DNA of 64,000 nt from Eledone cirrhosa (Eukaryota). Positions within the stretch are counted from its first letter, which is position 1, and each line of letters begins with the position of its first letter. Location of the stretch: assembly GCA_964016885.1 (NCBI GenBank), contig OZ024745.1:60760001-60824000 (forward strand), in the 5' to 3' direction. The translations under genes were made by a program, and so were the position numbers. The notes under the pieces were generated by a model that saw nothing but the letters and a program-made list of their open reading frames with translations, did no database searches and was not told the origin of the DNA. Shown here one piece after another: positions 38,768 to 51,013 of the stretch.

Positions 38768-38803
38768 TTATACATACATATATATATATACATATATATA
38801 TAC

Positions 38804-38854
<51 letters not shown>

Positions 38855-38855
<1 letters not shown>

Positions 38856-38903
38856 TGCAGACACTAATGTTTGTGTTCTGGGTATCATCCTTCATCAGTA
38901 CAG
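38855..38903 (-). ncRNA. Decayed hammerhead motif
   Basis: CTGTA-CTGATGA..CAAA-CATTAGTG-TC-TGCAG; GAAA mutated, stem II lost. Confidence 0.4.
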
Positions 38904-39054
38904 CTCACTGTTCACCTGCCAACTGTCAGAGCTAGTGAAAATGTGAAGGGAGAGAGAGAGAGAGAGAGAGAGAGTCCCATGAATATGACGAGATAGCTTC
39001 ATTTTTTTTAATTTCAAGCTCTTTTGATTCGCTGAAAAATTTACATCTTATAAA

Positions 39055-39438
39055 TAATTACTTCTACATGTGGCACAAGGCCAGCGTTTTGGAAATGAAG
39101 GGGAAAGTCGATTAAACCGATCTCAGTGCGTTACTGGTACTTTATTTTATCGACCGACCCCCGTAACGATGAAAGGCAAAGCTAACCTCGGCGGGATTTG
39201 AACTCAGAACGTAAAGGGCTATAACTTTAGGACACTAGGTATGTTGTCCGACGCTCTACCGATATTGCCAATCCACCGCCCTTATTATTATAAATAATTG
39301 TTTCTACTTTTGGCACAAGGCCAGCAATTATCCGGTACTTTATTTTATTAAGCCCGTAAGAATTTGAACTCAGAATGTAAAGGGCCATAACTCTATGCTG
39401 CAAATCATGGCATCCGACCCTCTACTGATTCTGCCAAT
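39055..39438 (-). mobile_element. Two Meta-core SINE copies
   Basis: Same family as 861-1049. Confidence 0.8.
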
Positions 39439-39604
39439 GATACAAGGTAGTCATTTAGCTGTTTTCAGTCTAGCGTTCTGAGTTCAAATCCCACAGGTGT
39501 TGATTTTAACTTTCCTTCTTTAGTAATCTATAAAATATAAATAGACATATATCACGGTTCCCATGTAAATTGGGGCCATTTCTAAGGCAAAAGTAATCCT
39601 TGTA

Positions 39605-41582
39605 TCATAATCTATAAAGCTCAGTGTGTGGTCATGCTCCTTCGTTATAGAAATCTACGATATAGATTTTACTGAAATATGCAGATGACATCAAGCTGTA
39701 CCTTGAAATCAAAAGGACTGATCCTGAAATTTACAACTCTTTCCTACAATCAGACCTGGACACAATGCAGCAATGGATCACAGACTGGCAACTGAAGCTG
39801 GCTGTGGACAAGTGTACCACCATGCATTTTGGAAGGAAAAATCCAGCGTCCACATACTCCCTCCACAACACTGATATCAAAAAGTCCTCTTGTGAACGTG
39901 ACCTGGGGATTACTGTCAGCAACGATTTGCGTTGGACAAAGCATGTCTCTAAGATTGACAAGAAGGCCGAGGGTGTCTTGGCATCACTCAGCAAGACCTT
40001 TGTTAGCCACTCTCCAGCCATCTATTTAAAACTGTATACAGCTATGGTACGACCACACTTGGAATTCGCATCATCAGTCTGGAACCCCTATCTTGCTCAG
40101 AACATTGACCTCCTGGAAACTGTTCAGAGACGTGCAACCAAGCGCATACCCTCCATCAGACACCTACCATACTCTGAACGCCTTGCTTCCCTGGGCATGG
40201 ATTCATTGAAGCTCCGACGTCTGGCAATGGACTTGGTGAATACCCACAAAGTTTTTAACCATCTCGCCAATTGCAGCCCTGAGCGCCTCTTTGATCTCCA
40301 TGTGTCTAACACACGTGGACATGCCTACAAGACCAGAAAACAGCACAGCTCCCATGACTTTCGTAGACATTTTTTCACGCTCAGAGTTGCTGAAGCATGG
40401 AACAAACTGCCTGCGTCAGTTGTTAGCTGCCGAGACACTGCATCCTTTAAGATACTCATGCTTCCCGAAATACGCCAAAACTACACCTGATGTACCCCTT
40501 CCATACACATGCACACGTGTGTATCATGACTCGTGCACTGTTCATTTTACTGATGTTTGTGCATTGCCCTATGTACTGTACACGCACTTTTTTGATGAGT
40601 TGTGGTGCACCTGGGCACTGTACACAATATTTCATTATTGTTATTATTATTATATCATGACTCATACACTGTTCATTTTCCTGACATTTGTACATTATTC
40701 TATGTACTATACATGCACCTTTGATGAGTTGTAGTGCACCTGAGCACTGTACACAATAATTTCATTATTATTATAGTATTCGAAATAGCTTCGATTGCGT
40801 CTTGACGCAGATAATTTTTTCAATTTCACCCACAATTACGGAAAAAATAGATAAAACTCAATATTTTACGATTTTTCTCTCATTTAAACTGCTGAACTCT
40901 TTCTACTACCATTCAAAATCTATACAACTTCATACTTTCTGCTACTTTCTCTTTCCAAGCTTGATGGTGATACTGTCCGTTCACACCACTTCCCTACTGT
41001 CTTAAATTTAGAAAACACATATCCTCTATGAGGTTACTAAACCTGCTAGAAACAGCAGCTAACTCTCCCCCATATCACACCCCTCCCTATTGTCTTAAAT
41101 TTAGAAAACATATCTTCTATGAGGTCACTAAACCTGCTAGAAACAGCAGCTAACTCTCCCCCATATCACACCACTCCCTACTGTCTTAAATTTAGAAAAC
41201 ACATATCCTCTATGAGGTCACTAAACCTGCTAGAAACAACAGCTAACTCTCCCTCATATCACAACCCTCCCTACTGTCTTAAATTTAGAAAACACACAGA
41301 CAACCATGCAGAACAACTCCATCGCAGCTCTGTTGTTCGGCTGGCATCGTCTACGCGCGTGTTGCGCAAGTACTGTGAAACAATAAATTTCAACACTTTT
41401 TTGCACAGAGATAATATCCATAGGCGAAACTACAATTGTCACTGCTGGCGCAGCTCATGCTTCCAGGTCTGCAATTCATTCACCCAGTGCCTGGCAGACA
41501 AAAAAGTGCTGCCATAAAATGGGTGGTGCAACCTAACTTTGGTAACTTAATGACCCCGAGCAACGCCTGGCTTTAATGCTAG
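39605..41582 (+). mobile_element. Non-autonomous Helitron, full length, interrupted by CR1
   Basis: A|TC 5' end; CCGAGCAACGCCTGG hairpin then CTAG|T; no TSD; 3 minisatellite units. Confidence 0.8.
39669..40774 (+). mobile_element. CR1 LINE 3' fragment
   Basis: LKYADDIKLY..ERDLGI..YTAMVRPHLEF...WNP..LETVQRRATK..TRGH..FF..RV...WNKLP; duplicated 3' UTR, (ATT)n tail. Confidence 0.92.
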
Positions 41583-41594
41583 TTTTACAATAAA

Positions 41595-41783
41595 ATAATT
41601 GTTTCTACGTTTGGCACAAGGCCAGCAATTAACCAGTGCATTACTGGTACTTTATTTTATCGACCCCTTAAGGATGAAAGGCAAAGTTAACCCCGGTGGA
41701 ATTTGAACTCAGAATGGCAAGGGCCGTAACTCTATGCGTCAAAGCATGGCGTCCGACCCTCTACCAATACTGCCAATCCACCG
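41595..41783 (-). mobile_element. Meta-core SINE
   Basis: Full head/core/tail. Confidence 0.85.
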
Positions 41784-41855
41784 ATAATATCTGAGAGAAA
41801 GGAAACAGAAAACCTGAGATTTTACGTCTATATAGAGATTAGTTGTACGCATATC

Positions 41856-41896
<41 letters not shown>

Positions 41897-42247
41897 CATA
41901 CATACATACACACGCACACACACACACATATATATATTTTTAATTGAGTTTGAATTATTTTCCCATATCTTACGTTAATTATTTTCCATTTTGACGTTAT
42001 AGTCACTTATATATTATGAAATACTGTTGGCTTCTTGCTCACATTAAATTCTCTATTTTCATTTATATAGAAATATATGTAGAAGTTGTATTTAATTTGT
42101 TGGAAGTCCGACGAACATGAATGTTTATAACTGATTTAGAGCACACAACAAGTTTACTGGAGTAAATATTCAGTGAATATCAAGCGAATTTCCAACCGAT
42201 AAGATATGATTTTCATGGGTACGTCTCTATTTATAAAACAAACTTTG

Positions 42248-42312
42248 TATTTTATCTGATGAAAGCGCACCAATGTTGTCTTGGTTGCCCTTGAAATATA
42301 TATAATAAAATA
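42248..42312 (+). ncRNA. Hammerhead motif family A
   Basis: TATTTTAT/ATAAAATA stem I, CTGATGA, GAAA-TATATA-TA. Confidence 0.65.
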
Positions 42313-42498
42313 AATATGGTTTTATAAATATAGTTTCCATTTATTTTGGAGAAAGGGACGCTTCGAGCTCTCTCCGACAACCCTGCTCACGATGCAACGA
42401 AGCTGGTTCATACACACACACACACACACACACATACTCTTTTATACTCTTTTACCTGTTTTCAGCCATCCGGTGAGGCCATGCTGGGGCACCGCCAC

Positions 42499-42530
<32 letters not shown>

Positions 42531-42534
42531 ATGT

Positions 42535-43030
42535 GTAAAAGGTAAACAGAAATAACAACACAATCGGTACAGTATGTGGAAGGGATATATTAGGTTAACG
42601 CTTGAAATAGCAGGAAGAGGGGTCTTAACGTTTCGGACGCTAGTCCTTCATCAGAAGAAAGAATGAGAAATAAGATAGATTGAAGGGACGGGTGGGGTGG
42701 AATTGGAAAAAATGTCTTTAGATAAAAGTAACAGGTCCATTTATGTTGACATCTCTTAATATATATATATTATTTTCAAAATTTATATCCAAAGCATAAT
42801 TATTTAATCTGACGATTGAAGTGGATATTTCTTGCAAGATTCATCCAGTTTCTTGAAATTTTTGGTAACGAAATAATTATATTGTGTTCTATCTTATTTC
42901 TCATTCTTTCTTCTGATGAAGGACTAGCGTTCGAAACGTTAAGACCCTCTTCTTGCTATATCAAGCGTTAACCTAATATATCCCTTCCATATACTGTATC
43001 GATTATGTTATTTCTGTTTACCTTTTACAT
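42535..43030. mobile_element. Inverted pair of family C pLTRs with minimal hammerheads
   Basis: TCTT-CTGATGA-AGGAC-TAGC-GT(C/T)C-GAAA-CG-TT-AAGA at 42623-42658 (-) and 42909-42944 (+); ~200-bp spacer. Confidence 0.8.
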
Positions 43031-43105
43031 ATATATATATATAATTACATATATATATATATACATATATAAAGAGAAAGAGAGAGAAAGGAAGGGAGAG
43101 ATAGA

Positions 43106-43305
43106 NNNNNNNNNNNNNNNNNNNNNNNNNNNNNNNNNNNNNNNNNNNNNNNNNNNNNNNNNNNNNNNNNNNNNNNNNNNNNNNNNNNNNNNNNNNNNNN
43201 NNNNNNNNNNNNNNNNNNNNNNNNNNNNNNNNNNNNNNNNNNNNNNNNNNNNNNNNNNNNNNNNNNNNNNNNNNNNNNNNNNNNNNNNNNNNNNNNNNNN
43301 NNNNN
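43106..43305. other. Assembly gap
   Basis: 200 N. Confidence 1.
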
Positions 43306-43625
43306 CATCTACATTCGACTGGGAATACGATTTATTTGAATAATCCAACCGCCACAATAATAATTTATTAATAATTATTCCATCCATATCTGTCTGTGAA
43401 TCTCTCACCGTCTTTTATGTTATCTTCCTTTAACGAAAGAGGAACTGTCAACGAATCAGCTGTGAAGCGTATCCTCCCTGTTTTCCATGGACTTTTAATT
43501 CCTCGTTCTTTTTCTGCTTTAGAAAAAAATAAAACTACCAAACTAAATCAGAAAGAAAAAAAATCGAACTATATTTGTTTCACTCGCTACATATATATTT
43601 CTATCGTCGTCTATTTTTGCTTGCG

Positions 43626-43827
43626 ATGAACAAACCCCTCGAGCTACACTCTATGAAGAAAGAACCATTAGTACCAAATAAAATTACCTTGACACTCCAA
43701 GACAAACTTGTTCACAAAGCTGGTCAGATTCTTGGTGGTGGTCGATCGAAGAAAGAACGAACACCGGCTATTGTTTCTTCAGTGATTGAATCTGATTTTG
43801 AACGGGACGAGTACGTCTCTCACGCCG
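43626..43827 (+). CDS. DDIT4: DDIT4/REDD1-like gene, first coding exon (67 aa + 1 nt)
   Basis: ATG..GCCG|GTAAGT strong donor; phase 1 matches acceptor at 54082 (G+AT = Asp); Ser/acidic end. Confidence 0.65.
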
Positions 43828-46044
43828 GTAAGTTAAATTCCTCTTGTGTTTTAATTATTTTATATATATAGATAATACACACAAGTATATTATATATATA
43901 TATATATATAATATATATATATATATGTTTATATATATGTGTGTGTGTTTGAATGTGTACTACCATTATATACGTGTTAATGTGTGCGATAATTATATAT
44001 TTTTAACTAATGTTTGTAATTCTCTCACTAATACATAGTTATAATTTATAATACCTAAGAAAGTCATAAAACGTAATCTTATTGCCCTTAGAAAAACCTA
44101 GAGCACATCTGTAAAAACATGTCTCGTGATTTTTCTAAGGACATCTGCTCCGATGGCATCTATATATAATTCTATACAACTTTCACCATAACAGACACAT
44201 TCAATTAGAAACAATTTAAACTGTTATTTTTCTAATAATTTATTCCATCAACTGAATTCGATCTTTTCTTTCTTTTAACAAAAGGAAATAGAACGATGAA
44301 AGGTTGTTATTTGTATATACTTATTACTCGGTGTTTCTGTGGAAAATACGTTCGACTTTTAAAAAATCGAATTGTTTTATTCTGTCTGATATTAAACTGT
44401 CTATAAATACAACTAATAATAATTATTAATCTCTATTATAACTGATATTACTAGCAGATATTTCTTCAAATAAAATCATGAATTATAATAGAATAGAGAA
44501 ACTGCCAGTCATTTTTTTACATTCGCTTTTCATTCATTCTCGTTCAAAATGGACCGAATTTGAAGTCTTCTTTCATTCGATGTCTGCTAAATAATTTAAC
44601 AGCGATTTATTTCACTATAACTAAATTTATTTGTGACGTTATAAGTTTAGACTAAAGATCGTTAAATTATGTTTTGGGAGATCATTAGATTTTGATAAAA
44701 GGAGGTAAAAGTGGGAGGGGATTTCATGAAGCCGAGTCTACAATATTGAGATTCAATTCCGGTTTTGGTTATGTCATCATTTTTAATTTGTCATTGATGT
44801 CCTTAAGCATCAATTCCTGCAGAAGTCTCAGCCGTTGTGTTCATCTAAGAACAGAAATCGACCGTAAATAGTATATAACTGGTTGTCAGTTAGTTGACTT
44901 TTCATGTCTGTTCTAATATACGAATTAAATTAGAAATTGCAGGACTAGATACTGTATAAGTACGAAACCGGCTTTCTACTGTTTGCACTATATAATCAAT
45001 CACGTGAATTCTTAAAATATATGAGGATATATTTGTACTTTCTCGCTCTCACTAGCCCTCACTTAAACTCCCATCTTTCGACTACCACTTGACTCTTCGC
45101 ACTCCAATTCTCTTACTCTTTCTTCTAATCTTATTCCATCTCTTAATATTTTTCTCTCGTCGTTTATTTTGCTTATTTTCTCGTTTACTTCTTTCTAATA
45201 AATATTTTTCCTGTTTAGTTCTCCAACTAACGATTCTCTCCCCGTAGATATATTGTCTCCTCTTTCTATCTATTTTTCTCCTCTTTTGCTCTCTCTTTCT
45301 TTCAGTCACCCCTCTCCTTTCTCTTGAGCTGTATTCCCCCCACCCTCACTCTCACTCTGTTCAGCTCTGCAACCACTTGTCTTTGTTCTATGTTCTTCTA
45401 TCAGCTGTACTTTACTGCTTCCTGCCACCGGCTAGCACAAGAAATGTGTTAATTTATGCAGACGAAGCCTCTTTCCAAGCTACATACATATACATACCAT
45501 ACATATACATACATAACCTAACAACAACGTTCAATTCATTTTAGCCATATCCTCGTTCTTCCATTATTATAATTATTATATACAATCTCTTTTCTTTATC
45601 AGATTACTTTTTTTAGAAATAAAAACCTGAATATAGAATTTCTTTTTATTTTAGTTTGACTTATTCAAGAATTTTTAATGTCAATTTCCATAACAAGCTA
45701 AACCTTGTTGCCATCTTCAATTAGACTCAGTCTATTTATGTGATGTCTCGTACAATTAAATTCTGCTTTAATTTCTGTTTCTTTATACAACATTCATTCA
45801 AAAAAATTAACAAAATTCTAGTTAATCAAGAACAAGTATTTATATTCAAATGCCACATTTTTTTTTTATTGAAGACGGCGTCTGAAATATTCGTTATAGT
45901 AGACATCTTTCGTGTATTCTGTGAATGTGTGTGTGTGTGTGGAGGGGGTAGATTTATAAGAATTATCGATATACTAGAGTATATTCAATTCTACATTAAC
46001 ATTTTAACAAAGTGGCTTCATGTCTACTCAGATGTGTGTTAGTG

Positions 46045-46325
46045 TGTTGGCACTTCGTCAGTTCCGACGATGAGTGTTCCACTTGTTTGATCAACGGCAC
46101 CACCCGCTCGTGAATTAACGTACATGTTGGTTGAGTATCCCACGGATACGTACCTTTTAGCACAGTTCTCGGGGAGATTGTGTAACAAGGCTGGCTCCTT
46201 TGATTTGCACACGCAACTCATTTTTGCCAGCTAAGGTGACTGGAGTAACGTAAAATAAAGCTTCTGGGAATCGAACTCGTGACCTTACAATCGTGATTCT
46301 AACACCCTAATCACTTTCACGCCTA
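46045..46325 (-). mobile_element. Degenerate SINE (CORE-like)
   Basis: B-box-like GAGTTCGATTCC on minus, CTCCAGTCAC..TAGCTGGCAAAAATGAGT core-like segment. Confidence 0.5.
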
Positions 46326-47207
46326 GCTGAAATAGCCATTTCAATCCCATTCATTCTGAACATTATTAGTGGCAGTGAAATTGATGTGGTGATCTCTCCT
46401 TTCTCCCTGTGTGTGTGTGTATGTATATATATATATATATTTATATGAGAGAGAGAGAAGGTATGGAAAAGTAAACAAATAACAAAGCAAACGATACAGT
46501 ACAATGAAGAAATATATTAGTATAACGCTTGATCGTAACGGACACTATATATATATATACATACACACAGAACCCCATGAAGAGGCACTTTAGTAATTCA
46601 AAAACTTAAATTCACGTCAATGTTTTGTATTTCTTAGTATCAGAATTTCGTCGCACTGTTTGCGACCTGGTCACTACACTTCGATATTATTATTATTTTA
46701 TGCTAGGAAAAGGCTGTATTTATAACTCTTTCGAGGCCTCAGAAACTAATGAAAACGAGAGAGGAAGGTGACTTCCAACCTGAGGGAGACCTGGCCTGAA
46801 TGTGCGCAACAGAGTGAACTCTGTTAAAGCCTAAAACCATCAAAGGGCCAGGTGGTGGTGTTAAATCGGGTGACGGACTAAGTCTAATACGTATATTGTT
46901 AATACTCGCACACACACACTGTGTTTTCAGTATATCAAATTATGGATTTTTAAAAATACTTGAATAGAAATCGTAATTTACTCTTACATATATTATTAGC
47001 AACATTATTCTTGAAGCATGCGCCATAGTGCGGCATTAGGTTCTTTGTACTTTGTCTGAAATTGCTTACCATTCTTTACTCGGAACTGTCAAATTTTCTC
47101 TTATGGGTCTTGAGAAGGGCATGGGAGTGCACATTTCTATTATTTCAAAGTTTTTATTCCATCCTTGTCTCATTAACATATGTTTGCTTCTATCCACCAT
47201 TATTGCT

Positions 47208-47525
47208 TAGTTCAAATCCTGCCGAGGTTAACTTTGCCTTTCATCCTTAAGGGGTCGATAAATAAAGTACCAGTAATGCATTGGGTATTTGCTGGCCTTG
47301 TGCCTAACGTAGAAACAATTATTGCTTACATTTAAGGCGGTGGATTGGCAGTATTGGTAGAGGGTCGGACGCGATGCTTTGACGCATAGTTACGGCCCTT
47401 GCCATTCTGAGTTCAAATCCCGCCGAAGTTAACTTTGCCTTTCATCCTTACGGGGTCGATAAAATAAAGAACCAGTAATACACTGGGTAATCGCTGGCCT
47501 TGTGCCTAACGTAGAAACAATTATT
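47208..47525 (+). mobile_element. Meta-core SINE, partial + full tandem
   Basis: Same family; further partial pair at 48680-48900. Confidence 0.8.
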
Positions 47526-50500
47526 GCTTAAATTTAAAATTATATCAAAATCAGGAATATAAGACTATTAGCACAATTTCCAGCTTCTAGGACGTCGCTC
47601 AATCAGTTGGTAATTTGCAGCGAAACTCTTTCAAACAACATGGACACAAAACAACACATTAGATACACTTTTTAGTTCAGAAGACAAAAATAGACAGATT
47701 GGTCAAACGGCTAGCAAGCACGCCACACATAGATATGTTCGATCATGCTTGACATGTGGTTTAATATGTTCTTGCCAGATATTAACAATAATCAACTGAT
47801 AAAAGGATGGTAGAGTTATAGTGATAAGATTGGGTATATTTTCTATGATTCTTGGGCGGCCATTTTTGAGATGCAATCTTCTGTTACGCTTTTTTTTTTT
47901 TTTAACCTTCTAAACAAACTTAAAACCCACATAGAGAACACGTGCGATTGATTTTAAGAGGTTCTTTTTTTTTTCAGATTAGATATTTGTTTGGTAATAA
48001 TACATTATTTTATAGTCAGAAAAGAAGTCTCGACTGCTTAACCAACAACCCCCATCGAGTTCGCTCTTTTGGAAGAATTTGAGAGAACCCAGCTGCTCCA
48101 AAATTTACAACTGTCTTTCGCGGATTGTGACTGTCTTTTTTATTAGTGGCTTGAACATCAAGCACTATAGGTCTCGAACTCGCATCTTTCTCCATACTAG
48201 TCAGACTCACTAACGAATAGCTTCGGAGTTTTAACTCATCGTCATCCAAAATTTAATAGTGATCTATTCTTTATAGCCACCAATCTATTTAGTTGAAAGT
48301 CTTTACTTCTAACTAGACAGATTAACGACAGAAAAGTGAAGGCCGTCTTTATGGTGAATTGAACAATTTGTCATTCGACATTCACCTTAAGAATAAATAA
48401 AGCATGGAGATTTATAGGAGATATTAAATGAAATGGGGCTATATATTGTACCCTATGCTCGAGAGCATTAATAATCTGAGTAAATATGTAATTATGGCTT
48501 GCTCGCGGTGCTTACTCTTCGAAAACCTTACATCTATTTACGCTCTAAGATGAGTTATATATTACAGCCACATTTCACACCTTTGTAATAAATACTGGCA
48601 GCTTTTAGACAAAGCGCATGCCACCTGTTTAGGGATTTGGAAATAAGGAACCTGTGATCACCATGTCATTCTCAAGAACAATAAAATAAAGTACCAGTAA
48701 TGCACTGGGTAATTGCCGGCCTTGTGCCTAAAGTAGAAACAATTATTAACGGAAATTGAGTTACGGCCCTTGCTATTCTAAGTTCAAATCCCGCCGAGGT
48801 TAACTTTGTCTTTCATCCTTACGGGGTCGATAAAAGAAAGTACCAGTAATGCACTGGGTAATTGCTGGCCTTGTGCCAAAAGTAGAAACAATTATTAACG
48901 GAAATTATTAAAATATGGTTTTAACCCCTGAATTGAAACCAGTTTGTAGATTCTGCTCTTTTAGTAGACTGATAAACCCTACATCCTTAATCTAGAGTTT
49001 TGTTGTGATATTGATGCTTTCAAAAAGCCAATATCGGCATAAATTGCGTTCAAAAGCTTCGATTAGGAACAGCGATTTCGTCACAGTCTCGACTTGCCAG
49101 AAGCTTACCGAATATTCTTACAGTGATGGCTACAATATTATAATATTGGTTGCGTTTAGTGTAAGAACAAAAATGACATCACTTGTACGATAAAACGTTC
49201 TTCAATTGTTTTTCTTTTTTTTCTATGAAATCTTGCTGTATTTGTTTCACCTCTCCGCCGTAACTACTATATTTTGTTTAATAAAGGCAATAAATTACAC
49301 TTGCTTCTTGGTGAAGTAAACCGATGTTTTTATTGTATTGTAATATAGATTACAAACGTTAACCGGGATCTGCCCTCTCCTCCTTCATCACTGACCTACC
49401 ATTGATCTAATTTTCCGAAACAAGTGTTAGTGCGGCGGCGGTGTTGGGTCACATGAACAAATCTCTCTCCTCCCGGTCTCTTCCCCTGTCTCTTTCTTTT
49501 TCTCTCTCTGTCTCGATCTCTTCCCGTCCGCCTCTTTCTTTCTTTCTTTCTCTCTCTGTCTCTTCCCGTCTGCCTCTCTCTCTCTCTCCACGTGATTAAG
49601 AATACTGAGACGCAGACGACTATGTATTGAAGAAAGACGGGGATAACTAAAAATTTGATACGTAACGGATACTCTGAAATAAATATATATATAAAAGTCT
49701 AATATACTATAGTATATTAGACTTTTTAGACAGATGTGTATACGTAAAAGTATATCGGATACTCATTCAGCTCTGCAGCGATGTGTGTATGACTGTTGTT
49801 AAATATAGTAAAAGCATGTGACAAGAACTATGCGTATCTTGTGACAGCAAACGGTATTTTGAGGAAGATCACATGAATGCCAGCCATTGAAAGCCGTCTT
49901 TTATCACCCAAGACTTATTTATCACTCATATTACCAAACCGAACGATCTTGGCCTTTTATTTCCTCTTGCAGCAATTAGCTCTTATCAAATGTTTTTTTT
50001 TTTCTATTCCCCCCCCGTCTCCCATTATATTGGTTCGCTTAAACGAAAAATAACCTCAAAATATCTTAACTTCTAAGCCTAAATTTGCGTTTGTCTTTTT
50101 ATAACTTAAAATAAAATTCTCCTTGTTTCTAAACGAAACATTTTATATCTTGTGATGCAAATCTTAATGTAAATATAGCTCTAAACTTAAAACTAATCTA
50201 GAATTCACTTAGTTACAAAAAGCAAACTTTGACTCATCTTTACCAAATTAAAAATCCTTCCTTCTAAATAGTATTGTGCTAGAAGTAGTACATTACTAAA
50301 TTCATGAAATCCTAATACAGGTTTGAAACTAGTCCAACTGATTCCTTTTTTCTGACTACAAAGATATTCTATATAGACTGTTACAGACTGTTACAAAGAT
50401 TTACTACACCCATTATGTGATAGGTAAAACCTCTATAGATATATTTAGTAATTAGTACTCTATATAACAGAAATATCACTTATAATACCAGTAATTTTAT

Positions 50501-50959
50501 TAATCAAATTAACAATTCATTATATATGCAGATTGGTCTACTCTATTTACTTAAGTCTTTATCAGCTCACCTTTGTATGATTAAAAAGGAACAGTTATTA
50601 ATGAAATTTCAACACAAGTTTTAAACAGTCCATAAAAATATTGTGTATAAAGGCAGAATGTTTACATCAGTCTATGCTTATACTATTGGCTAAAATTGTA
50701 TACACATATTGTTATACAGTATAACATTGATGAAACAAAAAAGCAGTTAATGCTCCAGTAATTTAGTAATAGTAGCATTGCCAATTCTTATTCTAACTGT
50801 TCAGTATAAAAGAGAATAAATCAAATCTAAGGATAGAAAACATAATAGAATGACAGAATTTCAGTTTAAACACATATACTCATTCTCTCTTATATACACA
50901 CATATGCACCAGATCTGAACATCAGTATTGTACTGGTTCTTGTATATGTATACCAGCTC

Positions 50960-51013
<54 letters not shown>

